Shown piece by piece: positions 9,236 through 20,600 of a stretch of 60,974 bases of DNA; within the stretch, counting starts at the first letter, position 1; each line of letters starts with the position of its first letter. The notes under the pieces were generated by a model that was not told the DNA's origin, did not search any database, and was given only the letters and a program-made list of their open reading frames with translations. Source of the DNA: Sphingomicrobium sp. (GTDB lineage Bacteria; Pseudomonadota; Alphaproteobacteria; Sphingomonadales; Sphingomonadaceae); assembly GCA_035555035.1 (NCBI GenBank), contig DATMHG010000083.1, positions 1 to 60,974 of the forward strand, read 5' to 3'. The position numbers were made by a program, and so were the translations under genes.

Positions 9236-12200
9236 TTAGACCTCGAGGCGGTCGCCCTCGCGGGCGACGAGCGCGTAGAGTGCGGGCATCAGGAAGACGA
9301 TGATCAAAAGGCACGTCATGAGGCCGCCGACGATCACCACTGCAAACGGCCGCTGCGTGTCGGTGCCGACGCCGGTCGCCAGCGCTGCTGGAAGGAGGCC
9401 GAGCGCCGCGACCAGCGCGGTCATCATGATCGGGCGGAGCCGCAGGATCGCGCCTTCGCGGATGGCGACGTCGAGCGGCGTGCCGCCGAGGCGGAGCTCG
9501 TTGACGTAGGAAATGTAAACGAGGGCGGTCTGCACCGAGACGCCGAACAGCGCGAGGAAGCCGATCCCGGACGAAACCGAGAACGCCGTTCCGGTGAGCC
9601 ACAGCGCGAGGATGCCGCCGACGGGCGCCGACATCAGCACACCGATGAGCGCGATCGCGGGGAACTTGAAGTTGCGATAGAGCATGAACAGCAACAAGAA
9701 GATCAGCAGCAGGGTAACGGGCACGATCGCCATGAGCTGCGCCCGCGACGCGGTGTACTCGCTATATTCGCCGCCCCAGTCGGCTCGGTAGCCCTCCGGG
9801 AACTGCACCTTCTGGCTGACCTGCGCCATCGCGTCCTGAACGGCGCCGGCGAGATCCCTCCCCTCGACCGAGAACTGGACTCCGATGAACCGGCTGTTGT
9901 TCTCGCGGTAGATGAACGAGGCGCCGTTGCTCACCGAAATGTCGGCGAGCTCCTTCAACCGGATTTGCTGGCCGGCGGGCGTCGCCACCAGGATATTCCC
10001 GATCGCGACCGGATTGTCGCGATATTGGCCGTCGAGCCGGACGACGAGGTCGAACTCCTTTTCCTGCTGCACGACCTGGGTCGCGATGTCGCCGCCGATG
10101 CCGGTCTGGATCAGGTTGTTGATGTCGTCGACGTTGACACCGTAGCGGGCCGCCTTGTCGCGATCGATCTTGATCGTGAGGCTCGGCTGGCCGAGCTCCT
10201 GCACGAGAGTAACGTCGCGGATTCCGCGCACACGCTCGAGCACGGCCTTGATCGCCTTGCCCTTGGCTTCGAGCGTGTTGAGGTCCGGCCCGAAGACCTT
10301 CACGGCGAGCGCGCTCTTGAGGCCCGTTTCCGCCTCATCCACGGCATCCTCGGCCGGCTGGGTGTAGTTGAAAGTGACGCCGGGGAAGGACTGCAGCTTG
10401 TCGTTTATCGCCGCGATCAGCTGCGCCTTGTCGTGTATCGACCCATGCCATTCGGAATAGGGCTTGAGTCCCACGAAGAATTCCGCGTTGAAGAAGCCGG
10501 TGGGATCGGTTCCGTCGTCCGGCCGGCCGTGCTCGGAGCCTACGACCGTCACCTCCGGAAAAGATCCGATGATCGAGCGGATCTGCGGCACGATCTTCGC
10601 CGATTCATCGAACGAGATCGTGTACGGCATGGTCGCGCGCACCCACAACGCGCCCTCGTCGAGGTGCGGCATGAACTCGGCGCCGACGTCGGCGAAAATG
10701 AGCAGCGAAACGAGGAGCAGCGCTGCCGAGGCCGCGACCGCCGCGCGAGTGCGCGCGAGGCAGTAATCGAGGCCGCGGATATAGGTGGCCCGGATGCGCT
10801 CGAAGATCGCGTTGCGCCGCTCGCGCACGCCGCTCCGCATGAACCAGGAGCAGAGGACCGGGAGCAGGGCCAAAGTGACGATCAGCGAGCCGATGAGCGC
10901 GAAAATCATCGTATCCGCCATCGGCTTGAACAGCACTCCCGAGGGACCCGCGAGAACATAGATCGGGAGGAAGCTGACGACGATCACGATGACCGAGTAG
11001 AACAAAGGCCGGTCGACCTCGGCCGCGGCATCGCGAATAATCGCCATCAGTCCCGCCGGAGAATCCTCGCGTTCAGCGAGCCGCCGATAGATGTTCTCGA
11101 CCATGATCACCGCGGCATCGACCAAGATTCCGAAATCGATCGCGCCAATCGAAAGCAGGTTCGCGGACGCGCCTTGCAGGTCGAGACAGGCGAAGGCGAA
11201 CAGCAAAGATAAGGGAATCGTGACCGCGACGATCAGCCCGGATCGGACGTCGTACAGAAAGAAGATCAGGATCACGATGACGAGCAACATGCCCCTCAGC
11301 AGGTTGCGCTCGACCGTCAGCACCGTCTCGTGGACGAGATCGGACCGGTCGTAGAAGGGCACGACCTTTACGTCCTTGGGCAGGACGCTCTGATTGAGCT
11401 CCTGCGTCTTCGCCTCGACGCGGCGAAGCACCTCCTGCGTCTTGTCTCCGGTGCGAAGCATGATCACGCCTTCGACGGCGTCGTTCTGGCGCCCGATGCC
11501 GAACTCGCCCAGCCGCGGCGCGATTCCGAGCGTCACACGTCCGACGTCCTTCACCAGCGTCGGAATCCCGTCGTGGACGGCGACGACGGTGTTGGCGATA
11601 TCGTCCAGCGTCGCGATCCGGCCGAGACCGCGGACGTAATAGAACTGGCTGCCCTCGGAATAGAATCCGCCGCCGCCGTTGCCGTTGTTGGCGCCGAGGG
11701 CGCTTTCGACCTGCTGCGGCGACAGGCCGGCTCCCGCTAGCCGATATTGGTCGAGCAGCACCTGATATTGCATCGTGCCGCCGCCGAAGCCGGAATCGTC
11801 GGCAACGCCGGCCACCGAGCGATATTGCGGCTCGACGACCCAGTCCTCGAACGTCTTCAATTCGGTCGGCGAGCGGTCGGGGCTCTGCAGCGTGTAGCGG
11901 TAGATGAGGCCCGACGGCGAGGTCAGCGGCTCGACGTCCGGCGTGACGCCGCTGGGCAAGTTCAAGTCCCCCAGCCGATTGAACACCTGCTGCCGGGCGA
12001 AATTCCGGTCGGTGTCCTGGTCGAAGGTGATGGATACCGCGGATAAAGCGTAGAGCGAGATCGAGCGGATGTTATTCTCTTTGGGAATTCCGTTCATTTC
12101 GCGCTCGATCGGAACGGTGATCAGCCTTTCGACCTCTTCCGCCGAGTGACCGGGCCATTGCGCGTTGATCTCGACCATCGGCGGCGACAGGTCGGGATAG

Positions 12201-12355
12201 GCGTCGACCGGCAGCCGCTCCCACGCGCGTATCCCGGCGCCGATGAGGAGCAATGTGAGAAGCAGCACGAGAATCCGCTGCTCGAGACTGACGGCGACGA
12301 TCCGGTTGATGAAGTTGGAGCCGCGCGGCGGCGGCTCGACCGGATCGTCGCTCAT
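9236..12355 (-). CDS. CzcA/CusA-family heavy-metal efflux RND permease
   Basis: LPVDAYPD, SAEEVE, AIDFGILVDAAVIMVEN (HME-type TM4), FMPHLDEG, RLRPIMMT. Confidence 0.93.
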   Translation of the reverse strand: MSDDPVEPPPRGSNFINRIVAVSLEQRILVLLLTLLLIGAGIRAWERLPVDAYPDLSPPMVEINAQWPGHSAEEVERLITVPIEREMNGIPKENNIRSISLYALSAVSITFDQDTDRNFARQQVFNRLGDLNLPSGVTPDVEPLTSPSGLIYRYTLQSPDRSPTELKTFEDWVVEPQYRSVAGVADDSGFGGGTMQYQVLLDQYRLAGAGLSPQQVESALGANNGNGGGGFYSEGSQFYYVRGLGRIATLDDIANTVVAVHDGIPTLVKDVGRVTLGIAPRLGEFGIGRQNDAVEGVIMLRTGDKTQEVLRRVEAKTQELNQSVLPKDVKVVPFYDRSDLVHETVLTVERNLLRGMLLVIVILIFFLYDVRSGLIVAVTIPLSLLFAFACLDLQGASANLLSIGAIDFGILVDAAVIMVENIYRRLAEREDSPAGLMAIIRDAAAEVDRPLFYSVIVIVVSFLPIYVLAGPSGVLFKPMADTMIFALIGSLIVTLALLPVLCSWFMRSGVRERRNAIFERIRATYIRGLDYCLARTRAAVAASAALLLVSLLIFADVGAEFMPHLDEGALWVRATMPYTISFDESAKIVPQIRSIIGSFPEVTVVGSEHGRPDDGTDPTGFFNAEFFVGLKPYSEWHGSIHDKAQLIAAINDKLQSFPGVTFNYTQPAEDAVDEAETGLKSALAVKVFGPDLNTLEAKGKAIKAVLERVRGIRDVTLVQELGQPSLTIKIDRDKAARYGVNVDDINNLIQTGIGGDIATQVVQQEKEFDLVVRLDGQYRDNPVAIGNILVATPAGQQIRLKELADISVSNGASFIYRENNSRFIGVQFSVEGRDLAGAVQDAMAQVSQKVQFPEGYRADWGGEYSEYTASRAQLMAIVPVTLLLIFLLLFMLYRNFKFPAIALIGVLMSAPVGGILALWLTGTAFSVSSGIGFLALFGVSVQTALVYISYVNELRLGGTPLDVAIREGAILRLRPIMMTALVAALGLLPAALATGVGTDTQRPFAVVIVGGLMTCLLIIVFLMPALYALVAREGDRLEV

Positions 12356-13497
12356 TGGCTCTGCATGAATTGAAGGAACAGCGCGCCGTTGGCGACGATC
12401 CTGTCGCCGCTCTGGAGCCCGCTTGTGACGTCGTAATTCCGGCTGTCGCGATAGCCGAGCGTCACGTGCCGCCGGGCAAAGCTGCCGTCGGGCAGAGCGA
12501 CATACACGAACGGCAGGTTCTCATCGTCGCGAAGCACTGCCGAGACCGGCACGAGCAGGCCGGTGCTGACGCGGCCGGACTCGATCGAGACGTGGACATA
12601 CATCTGCTTCTTGAGAAGGTCGCCGGGATTGGGCGCGACGATGCGCGCCACCACAGCACGCGTGTTGGGGTCGACCGCGGCGGATACGTTATCGACCATG
12701 CCGTGAAAGGGCCCTGTGCCGTTGCCGGGGTCGATCGTCACCGCATCGTGAAGACCGACGCCGGAAAGATCGCTCGGCGAAATCTGCGCGAGCACCCACA
12801 TCTGCGAAAGGTTCGCGACCGTGAAAGCCGGCGTGCTTCCTGCCTGCAGCAGCTGGCCCGGCGTGATTTGCTTCTCGACGATGATTCCGGACACCGGCGC
12901 TCGAATGACACCGGCGACGCCCGCGCTGGGATTGCCGGCCAATGCCCGGGCGACCGTCCCGCGATCGACACCCAAGGAGAGCAAGGTCTGAAGAGCCGCC
13001 TGCCGATCCGCTTCGGCGCTGGCTGCGTCGGTCTGCGCCTGCGCGGCTTCGCGTTGTGAAATGCCGTTGTGCGCGGCGAGATCGCGGTCGGCCTGCGCCA
13101 GCCGCCGCGCGTTGGCGGCGGTGACGACCGCCTTGCGATAGGCGCCGATGGCCGTCGCGTAATCGGCGGACTGGACCAGCGCGAGCGGTTGCCCTTTGGC
13201 GACCGGTTGCCCGAGCGCGACCAATGTGCGCACGACCGGGCCGGTGAAAGGCGAAACGACGGACGTGGACTGGTCATTGTCGAAATCGACCGTGCCCGGC
13301 GCCTCGATATGTTCGCGGTAACCGACCGGAACGACCGTATAGAGCTGGACGTGGCTCCGTTGTGCCTTGGTCAGGCGCACATTCGCGACGCCGCTCCCAG
13401 CCCCGCTATATTCGGCCGGCGATGACGAGCAGCCCGCAAGCAGCACAAGCGCGAGCGCAGCGGCAGCCGCGCGCAGTGGCAGCCGCTTATCGCGCAT
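12352..13497 (-). CDS. RND periplasmic adaptor (CzcB-like lipoprotein)
   Basis: LAGC lipobox, IRAPVSG, VDPNTR, GLQSGDRIV; overlaps neighbours. Confidence 0.92.
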   Translation of the reverse strand: MRDKRLPLRAAAAALALVLLAGCSSSPAEYSGAGSGVANVRLTKAQRSHVQLYTVVPVGYREHIEAPGTVDFDNDQSTSVVSPFTGPVVRTLVALGQPVAKGQPLALVQSADYATAIGAYRKAVVTAANARRLAQADRDLAAHNGISQREAAQAQTDAASAEADRQAALQTLLSLGVDRGTVARALAGNPSAGVAGVIRAPVSGIIVEKQITPGQLLQAGSTPAFTVANLSQMWVLAQISPSDLSGVGLHDAVTIDPGNGTGPFHGMVDNVSAAVDPNTRAVVARIVAPNPGDLLKKQMYVHVSIESGRVSTGLLVPVSAVLRDDENLPFVYVALPDGSFARRHVTLGYRDSRNYDVTSGLQSGDRIVANGALFLQFMQSQ

Positions 13498-14977
13498 TCG
13501 CGCTCGCCAGCTCCGGCTGATGCCACCAGCCGCCGCCGAGCGCCTGGAACAGCGCCGCCGTATCGCTGAACCGGCTCGCCTCCGCCTGGACCAGGTTCAG
13601 CCTTTCTTGCTGATAGGCCTGCTGCGCGTTCAGAACAGCGAGATAGGCGGCGTAGCCGTCCTTGTACTGAAGCCGCGAAATGTCGAGGCTGGCTTTCGCC
13701 GCATCGGCGGCCGCGGCAGTCGACTTCAATGCATTCGCGTCCTGCTCGAGCGCGACCAGCGTATCGGCGACATTCTGGAACGCAGTCAGGACGGTGCTGC
13801 GATATTGTTCGGCGCTCTGTTGGTATGCGTAGCGCGCTCCGCGCTCCTGGTGCAGGCGCGTGCCGCCATCGAAGATCGGCGCAAGCAGCGCTGCGCCGAT
13901 GTTCCAGAATCCCGTACCAGGACCGAACAGCTGACTGATCGCCAGTGCATTCGATCCCGCATTCGCGCTCAGCGTGAGATTGGGCAGCCGATTGGCGCGC
14001 GCCACTCCGATCTGCGCACTTGCAGCGTGCAGATTGGCCTGGGCCTGAAGCACGTCGGGTCGCTGCTCGACCAGCGTCGACGGCAGGCTCAGCGGCAGGT
14101 TGGATGGGAGGGTGAGGCTCGCGAGCGTGAACTTCTCCCCCGGCGCCTGCGCGGGGTAGCGGCCGGTCAGCACCGCGATGAGGTCATTCTGCTGGTCGCG
14201 CTGCTTGATCAGCGGCGGCAATGAGGCTTCGAGCTGCGCCAACTGCGTCTGCTGCGCAGCGATGTCGGCACCCCCAATGAAGCCCTTCGACTTCTGGAAC
14301 TGGAGAAGGCTGAGGATCTGCCGATTGATGCCGATCAGCTCGTTGGTCGTGTCGATCTGGTCCTCGAGCGAAGCTTCGGTGATCGCCGCGAGCGCGACGT
14401 TCGCGCTCAGCGTGATGTCGGTCGCGATCATCTGATAGCGGGTCGCCTGCTCCTGCGCCGCCAGGCTTTCGACGGTCCGCTTGTTCAGGCCGAAGACGTC
14501 TGGCGTGTAGGATACGCTGACGGACGGAGTGACCAAAGTAAAAGCAAAAGAGTTGTTGGCGGGGACGGGAGCGAGCGTCGCCGACGGATCCTTCTCGCGC
14601 GTGATCGTGGCTCCGGCGCTGACCTGCGGAGCATAAGCGCCCCTCTGCGCGAGCGTGTTTTCATGGGCGACAAGCAACGCCGCCTGCGCGGCCTTGAGAT
14701 CGGGATTGTGCGCGAGCGCCTGCTCGATGAGGTCATTCAACTGCCTCGAGTGGAACAAGGCCCACCAATCGGCGGGAATATCGGCACTCGGAACGAAATG
14801 CTGCGCTTCGCCTCCGGGTACGCCGGGTGTCGCCGCGGTCGTCTGTGGCGGTTTCGCGGTGTAGCCGGAGACCGGAGGTGCGGCAGGCGGCTTGAAATTC
14901 GGACCCACCACGCAAGCCGTCGTCAGGAGCGGCGCAGTAAGGGCGACAGCCGAAAGTAGACGGGAAAACAACCTCAT
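13487..14977 (-). CDS. Outer-membrane efflux factor (NodT/TolC family lipoprotein)
   Basis: TTAC-VVGPNF lipobox, WW.LF, RPDV, ALFQALGGGWW; start at MRLFSR. Confidence 0.92.
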   Translation of the reverse strand: MRLFSRLLSAVALTAPLLTTACVVGPNFKPPAAPPVSGYTAKPPQTTAATPGVPGGEAQHFVPSADIPADWWALFHSRQLNDLIEQALAHNPDLKAAQAALLVAHENTLAQRGAYAPQVSAGATITREKDPSATLAPVPANNSFAFTLVTPSVSVSYTPDVFGLNKRTVESLAAQEQATRYQMIATDITLSANVALAAITEASLEDQIDTTNELIGINRQILSLLQFQKSKGFIGGADIAAQQTQLAQLEASLPPLIKQRDQQNDLIAVLTGRYPAQAPGEKFTLASLTLPSNLPLSLPSTLVEQRPDVLQAQANLHAASAQIGVARANRLPNLTLSANAGSNALAISQLFGPGTGFWNIGAALLAPIFDGGTRLHQERGARYAYQQSAEQYRSTVLTAFQNVADTLVALEQDANALKSTAAAADAAKASLDISRLQYKDGYAAYLAVLNAQQAYQQERLNLVQAEASRFSDTAALFQALGGGWWHQPELASANAR

Positions 14978-15034
14978 CGATCTCCAAAGCCCAGGTTCGC
15001 GGCCGTGATGGGGTATGGGTATCGCCCCGAAATA

Positions 15035-15057
15035 GCAATGCGATAATATTACATAAC
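15035..15057. promoter_or_regulatory. Candidate Zur box
   Basis: Minus strand GTTATGTAATATTATCGCATTGC matches 16 of 22 positions of GAAATGTTATAnTATAACATTTC; ~58 bp upstream of the metal RND operon. Confidence 0.7.
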
Positions 15058-15103
15058 AGACGTCAATCCCCGTCCGCTGCCAAAGAACCGCCGCCAGAAG
15101 CAA

Positions 15104-15119
15104 ATTACATTGCGGTAAT
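15104..15119. promoter_or_regulatory. Candidate heavy-metal response regulator (CzcR/CopR-type) box
   Basis: Exact ATTAC-N6-GTAAT inverted repeat (ATTACATTGCGGTAAT) in a GC-rich background. Confidence 0.55.
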
Positions 15120-15303
15120 GATTGCGAATTTTGTCCGGGAATTCGGATCCGAGTACAGCCTGCGCTCCGCCTCTTGGACCCATGCTCGAGACTTGGTGGT
15201 CACACGCGGAGCAAGACTAGAAATATTTGAAAGGCGTCATTGACAGTCGGTTGCGGTCGTTCGCTGAGCAAGTGAAGCTAGGTCGAACGAGAGAGCAGCA
15301 TTG

Positions 15304-16257
15304 ATGAGGATCGTCGCCGCCGACATCGGCGGAACCCACACGCGCTTCGCCATCGCCGAGATCGGCACGGGACGAGTACTCTCGCTGACGGAGCCGGTCA
15401 CGGTCGAAACCGGGGAGCATTCCAATTTCGAGGCAGCTTGGGCCGAGTTCGGGAGACTCGCCAGTCCCCTCCCGTCCGCCGCTGCGGTTGCGATCGCCGG
15501 CCCCGTCATCGGCGGCGGCGTGAAGATGACCAACGGTCCGTGGCAGCTAGATGTTGCTGCCATTCGAAAGACTCTGAGGCTGGAGGCGATCACCGTCTTG
15601 AACGACTTCGGCGCAGTCGCGCACGCCGTCGCGCAAGTCCCGCCCGAACAGTTCCTTCACATCGCCGGTCCGGATGAGCCGCTGCCCGAAGATGGCATCG
15701 TGACGGTGATCGGACCTGGAACCGGCCTGGGCGTGGCGCAGCTGTATCGTTACGCTCGCGGCTATCACGTCCATTCGACCGAAGGCGGTCACATCGGCTT
15801 CGCGCCGCAGGACGAGGTCGATGATCGCCTGCTTGCGAGCTTGCGCGCGAAGCATGGCCGGGTCGTGACCGAGCGGGTCCACTCAGGATCCGGCATTGTC
15901 GCGATTTATGAGGCGCTCGGCGGAAATGATCTGCAGGATGACCGTTCGATCTGGCAGAAAGGCATCTCTCGGGAGGACAGGGCAGCGTCGCTTGCGGTCG
16001 ACCGGTTTTGCGCGTCGCTCGGCACAGTGGCTGGGGATTATGCACTTGCGCATGGCGCTGGCGCCGTCGTGCTGGCGGGCGGCGTGGGGCTGAAGTTGAG
16101 CAAGATCCTGCCCGTATCGCAGTTCGGCGAGCGCTTCCGGGCGAAGCCGCGCTACGAAGCCATGATGGCGGCCATCCCCGTGAAGCTGATCACGCATCCG
16201 CAGCCTGGACTCTATGGCGCAGCGGCCGCCTTCGCTCGGGAACATTCTCTTCGTTGA
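15304..16257 (+). CDS. glk: Glucokinase
   Basis: ADIGGTHTRFA, AIAGPV, LNDFGAVA, GPGTGLG, EGGH. Confidence 0.93.
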   Translation: MRIVAADIGGTHTRFAIAEIGTGRVLSLTEPVTVETGEHSNFEAAWAEFGRLASPLPSAAAVAIAGPVIGGGVKMTNGPWQLDVAAIRKTLRLEAITVLNDFGAVAHAVAQVPPEQFLHIAGPDEPLPEDGIVTVIGPGTGLGVAQLYRYARGYHVHSTEGGHIGFAPQDEVDDRLLASLRAKHGRVVTERVHSGSGIVAIYEALGGNDLQDDRSIWQKGISREDRAASLAVDRFCASLGTVAGDYALAHGAGAVVLAGGVGLKLSKILPVSQFGERFRAKPRYEAMMAAIPVKLITHPQPGLYGAAAAFAREHSLR

Positions 16258-16435
16258 GTCCGGCAGGCCGCCATCGGAACGGACCTGACATTCGTCGGTT
16301 CAGGACAGCCGTTCGTCGAAGCGCATGGCCAAAGCCGGGAAAAGTTAACGTAGCGGCCGTCTCACGTTCATGTTCGGTCCGCCAGTCCCTTCAAGTCTTG
16401 CTTTCCCGCAGTAGAACAGAAAAAGGCGCGCCGAA

Positions 16436-17668
16436 GTGAGCACCTTTCCACCGCAAACGCTGCGCGCGATTCGGACATCAGCGCTGATCGCCGCAACGCT
16501 GGCGCTCGCGGCATGCGGGAACGCGTCGACGCAAGACGGCCCTCGAGGCGGCCGTGGCCGCGGCGGCTTCGGCGGCACTCCGACGGTCGGCTATGTGGTG
16601 GTTCAGCAGGGCGCGGCGCCGATCGTGCAGGATCTTCCCGCACGAATCTCCCCCTTCCAGATCTCGGAGGTTCGTCCGCAGGTGAATGGAGTCATCCTGC
16701 GGCGCCTGTTCCAGGAAGGCTCGACCGTCCACCAGGGGCAGACGCTCTACCAGATCGATCCCAGCATCTATAACGCCCAGGCGGCGCAGGCGCAGGCCAA
16801 TCTGCAGGCCGCGCGCGCGCAAGCGGAGGCGGCTCGGACACTCGCCGCACGCTACAGGCCGCTGGTTCAGCAACAGGCGATTTCCAAACAGGACTATACG
16901 AACGCGGTCGCGCAGGCGCGGCAGGCCGATGCAGCCGTCGCGCAGAACTCGGCAGCGTTGCGAACCGCCCAAATCAATCAGCGCTACACTCGCGTTCCCG
17001 CGCCGATCACCGGCCGCGTCGGCCTTTCGAGCGTCACTGAAGGAGCGCTCGTCACCTCCGGACAAACGCAGCCGCTGACCACGATCACGCGGCTCGATCC
17101 TGTCTATGTCGACATTCAGGAGTCCGCGGCCGACCTGCTGGCGCTGCGGCGCTCGCTTGCCGAAGGCGGAGCCGTACCGGCGGCGGCACAGGTCCACCTG
17201 ATCCTGCCCGACGGTTCCGACTATGGCGTCACCGGCACCGTCGAGTTCAGCGAAGTGGTCGTCGACCAGACCACCGGGTCGGTGACCGTCCGGGCGCGCT
17301 TTCCCAATCCTCAGTCGGCGCTGCTTCCCGGGATGTTCGTCAGGGCGCGCTTTGCCCAGGCGATCGACACTTCGGCGTTCCTGGTGCCCCAGCAAGCAGT
17401 CACCCGCGATCCGCAGGGCAATGCGACGCTGTTCGTCGTCGGCCCGGGCAACCGTGCGGTCCAGCGGACTGTCATAACCGACCGGACCGAAGGGCCCTAT
17501 TGGGTCGTCACTGAAGGCCTTGCGCCGGGCGAGAAGGTGATCACGCAGGGCACCGCGAATCTGAAGGACGGAGCCCCGATCAAACCGGTACCCGCGAACG
17601 CACCGCAGAGAGTCCAGGCGCCTCCTCCCGGTGTATTGAAGGCAATGCAAAAGCAGCGCGGCGGCTAA
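16436..17668 (+). CDS. AcrA/MexA-family periplasmic adaptor
   Basis: LAAC lipobox, SEVRPQVNGVI, APITGR, LLPGMFV. Confidence 0.95.
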   Translation: MSTFPPQTLRAIRTSALIAATLALAACGNASTQDGPRGGRGRGGFGGTPTVGYVVVQQGAAPIVQDLPARISPFQISEVRPQVNGVILRRLFQEGSTVHQGQTLYQIDPSIYNAQAAQAQANLQAARAQAEAARTLAARYRPLVQQQAISKQDYTNAVAQARQADAAVAQNSAALRTAQINQRYTRVPAPITGRVGLSSVTEGALVTSGQTQPLTTITRLDPVYVDIQESAADLLALRRSLAEGGAVPAAAQVHLILPDGSDYGVTGTVEFSEVVVDQTTGSVTVRARFPNPQSALLPGMFVRARFAQAIDTSAFLVPQQAVTRDPQGNATLFVVGPGNRAVQRTVITDRTEGPYWVVTEGLAPGEKVITQGTANLKDGAPIKPVPANAPQRVQAPPPGVLKAMQKQRGG

Positions 17669-17671
17669 GGC

Positions 17672-20600
17672 ATGTCGCGGATTTTCATCGAGCGGCCGAT
17701 CTTCGCCTGGGTCCTCGCGATCATCATCATGTTCGGCGGAATTGGCGCGATCTTCGCGTTGCCGGTCGCTCAATACCCCGACGTTGCCCCGACGCAGATC
17801 AACGTGCGCGCCACCTACCCCGGCGCGTCGGCCGAGACGCTCGAAAGCAGCGTCACACAGGTCATCGAACAGACTCTGACGGGACTCGACGGCCTCCTTT
17901 ATTTCAGTTCCTCGTCGAGTTCCCGCGGGCAGGTGACGATCACGGCCGTGTTCGACAAAGCCGTCGACCCGGACATCGCGCAGGTGCAGGTCCAGAACAA
18001 GGTCCAGCAGGCGGTCGCGCGATTGCCGCAGCAGGTCCAGCAGCAGGGTCTCACGGTCACCAAGGGCTCTCCGGATTTCCTGATGATCGTCGGCGTCTAT
18101 GACTCGACGGACAAGAGCACCAACGTCGACGTATCCGATTGGCTCGCAACCAATATCCAGGACGATCTGTCGCGCATTCCCGGCGTCGGAGACGTGAACG
18201 TCTTCGGATCGCAATATGCAATGCGGATCTGGCTCGATCCGAATAAGCTGCAGAGTTTGCAGCTGATGCCGAGCGACATCATCGCTGCGATCCAGAACCA
18301 GAATGTCGAGGTTGCCGCGGGCGAAATCGGCGGCATGCCGCAGCCCGAAGGGCAGATGCTCAATGCGACGGTCACCGCTCAGTCGCGGCTGCAAACGCCC
18401 GAGCAATTCAGAAACATCATCGTGAAGTCCGATCCATCAGGAGCGCGCGTGCTTTTGTCCGACGTCGCGAGGGTCGACCTCGGCGCCGACAATTATTCGG
18501 CGACGATCCGGATCAATGGGCACCCCGGCGCTGGAATCGGTATTTTCCTTGAGCCCGGTGCGAACGCTCTGACCACTTCGAAGCTCGTCAAGGCCGAGAT
18601 GACGCGTGTCACGCCTCGCCTGCCGGCAGGCTATCGTGTCGCCTATGCCAACGACAGCTCGGACTTCATCCGATTGTCCGTCATCGAGGTCGTGAAGACG
18701 CTTGCCGAGGCAATGGCGCTGGTCATCCTCGTCATGTTCGTCTTCCTACAGAGCTGGCGCGCGACCCTCATCCCCGGAATTGCGATCCCCGTCGTGCTGC
18801 TCGGCACGTTCGGAATGCTCTACATTCTCGGCTTCTCGATCAACACGCTGACTTTGTTCGGACTCGTGCTGGCCGTCGGCTTGCTCGTCGACGACGCGAT
18901 CGTCGTGGTCGAGAACGTCGAACGAATCCTGCACGAGCAGCCGGAGCTTTCGACCAAGGAGGCGACGGTCGTCTCGATGGGCCAGATCCAAATGGCCCTG
19001 GTCGCGATCGCTCTCGTGCTCTCCGCGGTGTTCCTGCCGATGGTCTTCTTCGGCGGTTCGACCGGCGTCATCTACCGCCAGTTCTCGGCGACGATCGTCT
19101 CGGCCATGGGGCTGTCGGTTCTGCTTGCACTGACGTTCAGTCCGTCACTCGCGGCGAACGTTCTGAGGCGCAAACACGCGAGTGTGGAAGAGACGTGGCT
19201 TGGCCGCCGCGCCCCTGCGCTTGCGCATGGCATCGAAACCGCACGGCAGAAGTTCAACAGCGGCTTTGACCGGACGATCCGCTGGTACGTCGGGAACGTC
19301 GGCAAGGTGGTCGAGCGCAAGTGGCTGTTCCTCGTGATCTATGCTGCCGTGTGCCTCTTGCTGGTCTTCCTCTTCCTCAGGCTGCCGACGGGCTTCATCC
19401 CCACCGAGGACCAGGGGAATGCCTCCGTCCAGTTCCGGCTCCCGGCGGGTGCGACATTCAGCCGGACGCACAATGTCGAGCAGGCGATCGAGCATTACTT
19501 CCTCGCGGGTCCTGAGAAGAAGAACGTTCACACCTTCTTCGCCGTAACCGGCGGCGGCGGCGGACTGTCCGGCCAGAATACGGGTCAGGCCTATGTCAAC
19601 CTTGCCCCGTTTGGCGAAAGGGGCAGCGCCAAGAATAGCGCCTCGGCAATCGTGGAGCGCGCTTCGGGCGCATTCCGCGGCCTTCGGGACGCACAAGTCT
19701 TTGCGCTGATTCCCGGCGCGATCCGCGGCCTCGGCCAATCGACCGGCTTCACTATGGAGCTTCAGAACACCAGCGGCATGAGCCGCGACCAATTCGCCGC
19801 GGCTCGCGACCGGTTGCTTGCCGCCGCCTCTTCCGATCCGGGACTCGACCAGGTTCGCCTGAGCGAGCTTCCGGACGTTGCCAGTCTCAAGGTCAACATC
19901 GACCAGCAGCGTCTTGCGGCGCTCGGACTGAGCTCAAGCGATGTGAACACGACGCTCTCCACCGCGTGGGGCGGCCGCTACGTCAATGACTTCATCGATC
20001 GTGGGCGCGTGAAGCGCGTTTACGTGCAGGCCGATGCGCCGTTCCGGTCCGAGCCGTCGGATATCGGCGGCTGGTATGTGCGCAACAATCACGGCCAGAT
20101 GGTGCCCTTCTCATCATTTGCGACAACCGGCTGGAGAACGGCACCGGTGACTCTCGATCGCTTCGAGGGCTATCCGTCCTACGAACTTCAGGGGCAGGCC
20201 GCTCCCGGCAAGAGTTCCGGCCAGGCCATGGCCGAGATCGAAAAACTGGCTTCGCAGGTCCCCGGCGTCAGCGTCGCCTGGTCAGGCGCTTCCTACCAGG
20301 AGCGCATCGCCTCCGGTCAGGCGCCGCTGCTCTATACGGTTTCGCTGATCGTGATCTTCCTGTGCCTGGCGGCGCTCTATGAGAGCTGGTCCATACCGCT
20401 CGCGGTGCTGCTGGTCGTGCCGGTGGGGCTCGTCGGAGCGATCCTGTTCGTCACATTGCGCGGCCTCGAGAACGACGTGTTCCTCCAGATCGGTCTTCTC
20501 ACCACGATGGGCCTGACGTCGAAGAACGCGATCCTCATGAACGAATTCGCCGAGCGTGCGGAAAGGGAGGGGAAGAGGATCATCGACGCGGCCATCGAAG

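Noticed and set aside
16361-16380. Alphaproteobacterial LexA box upstream of the AcrA-like gene
   Set aside because: The two GTTC are 2 nt apart, not GTTC-N7-GTTC.
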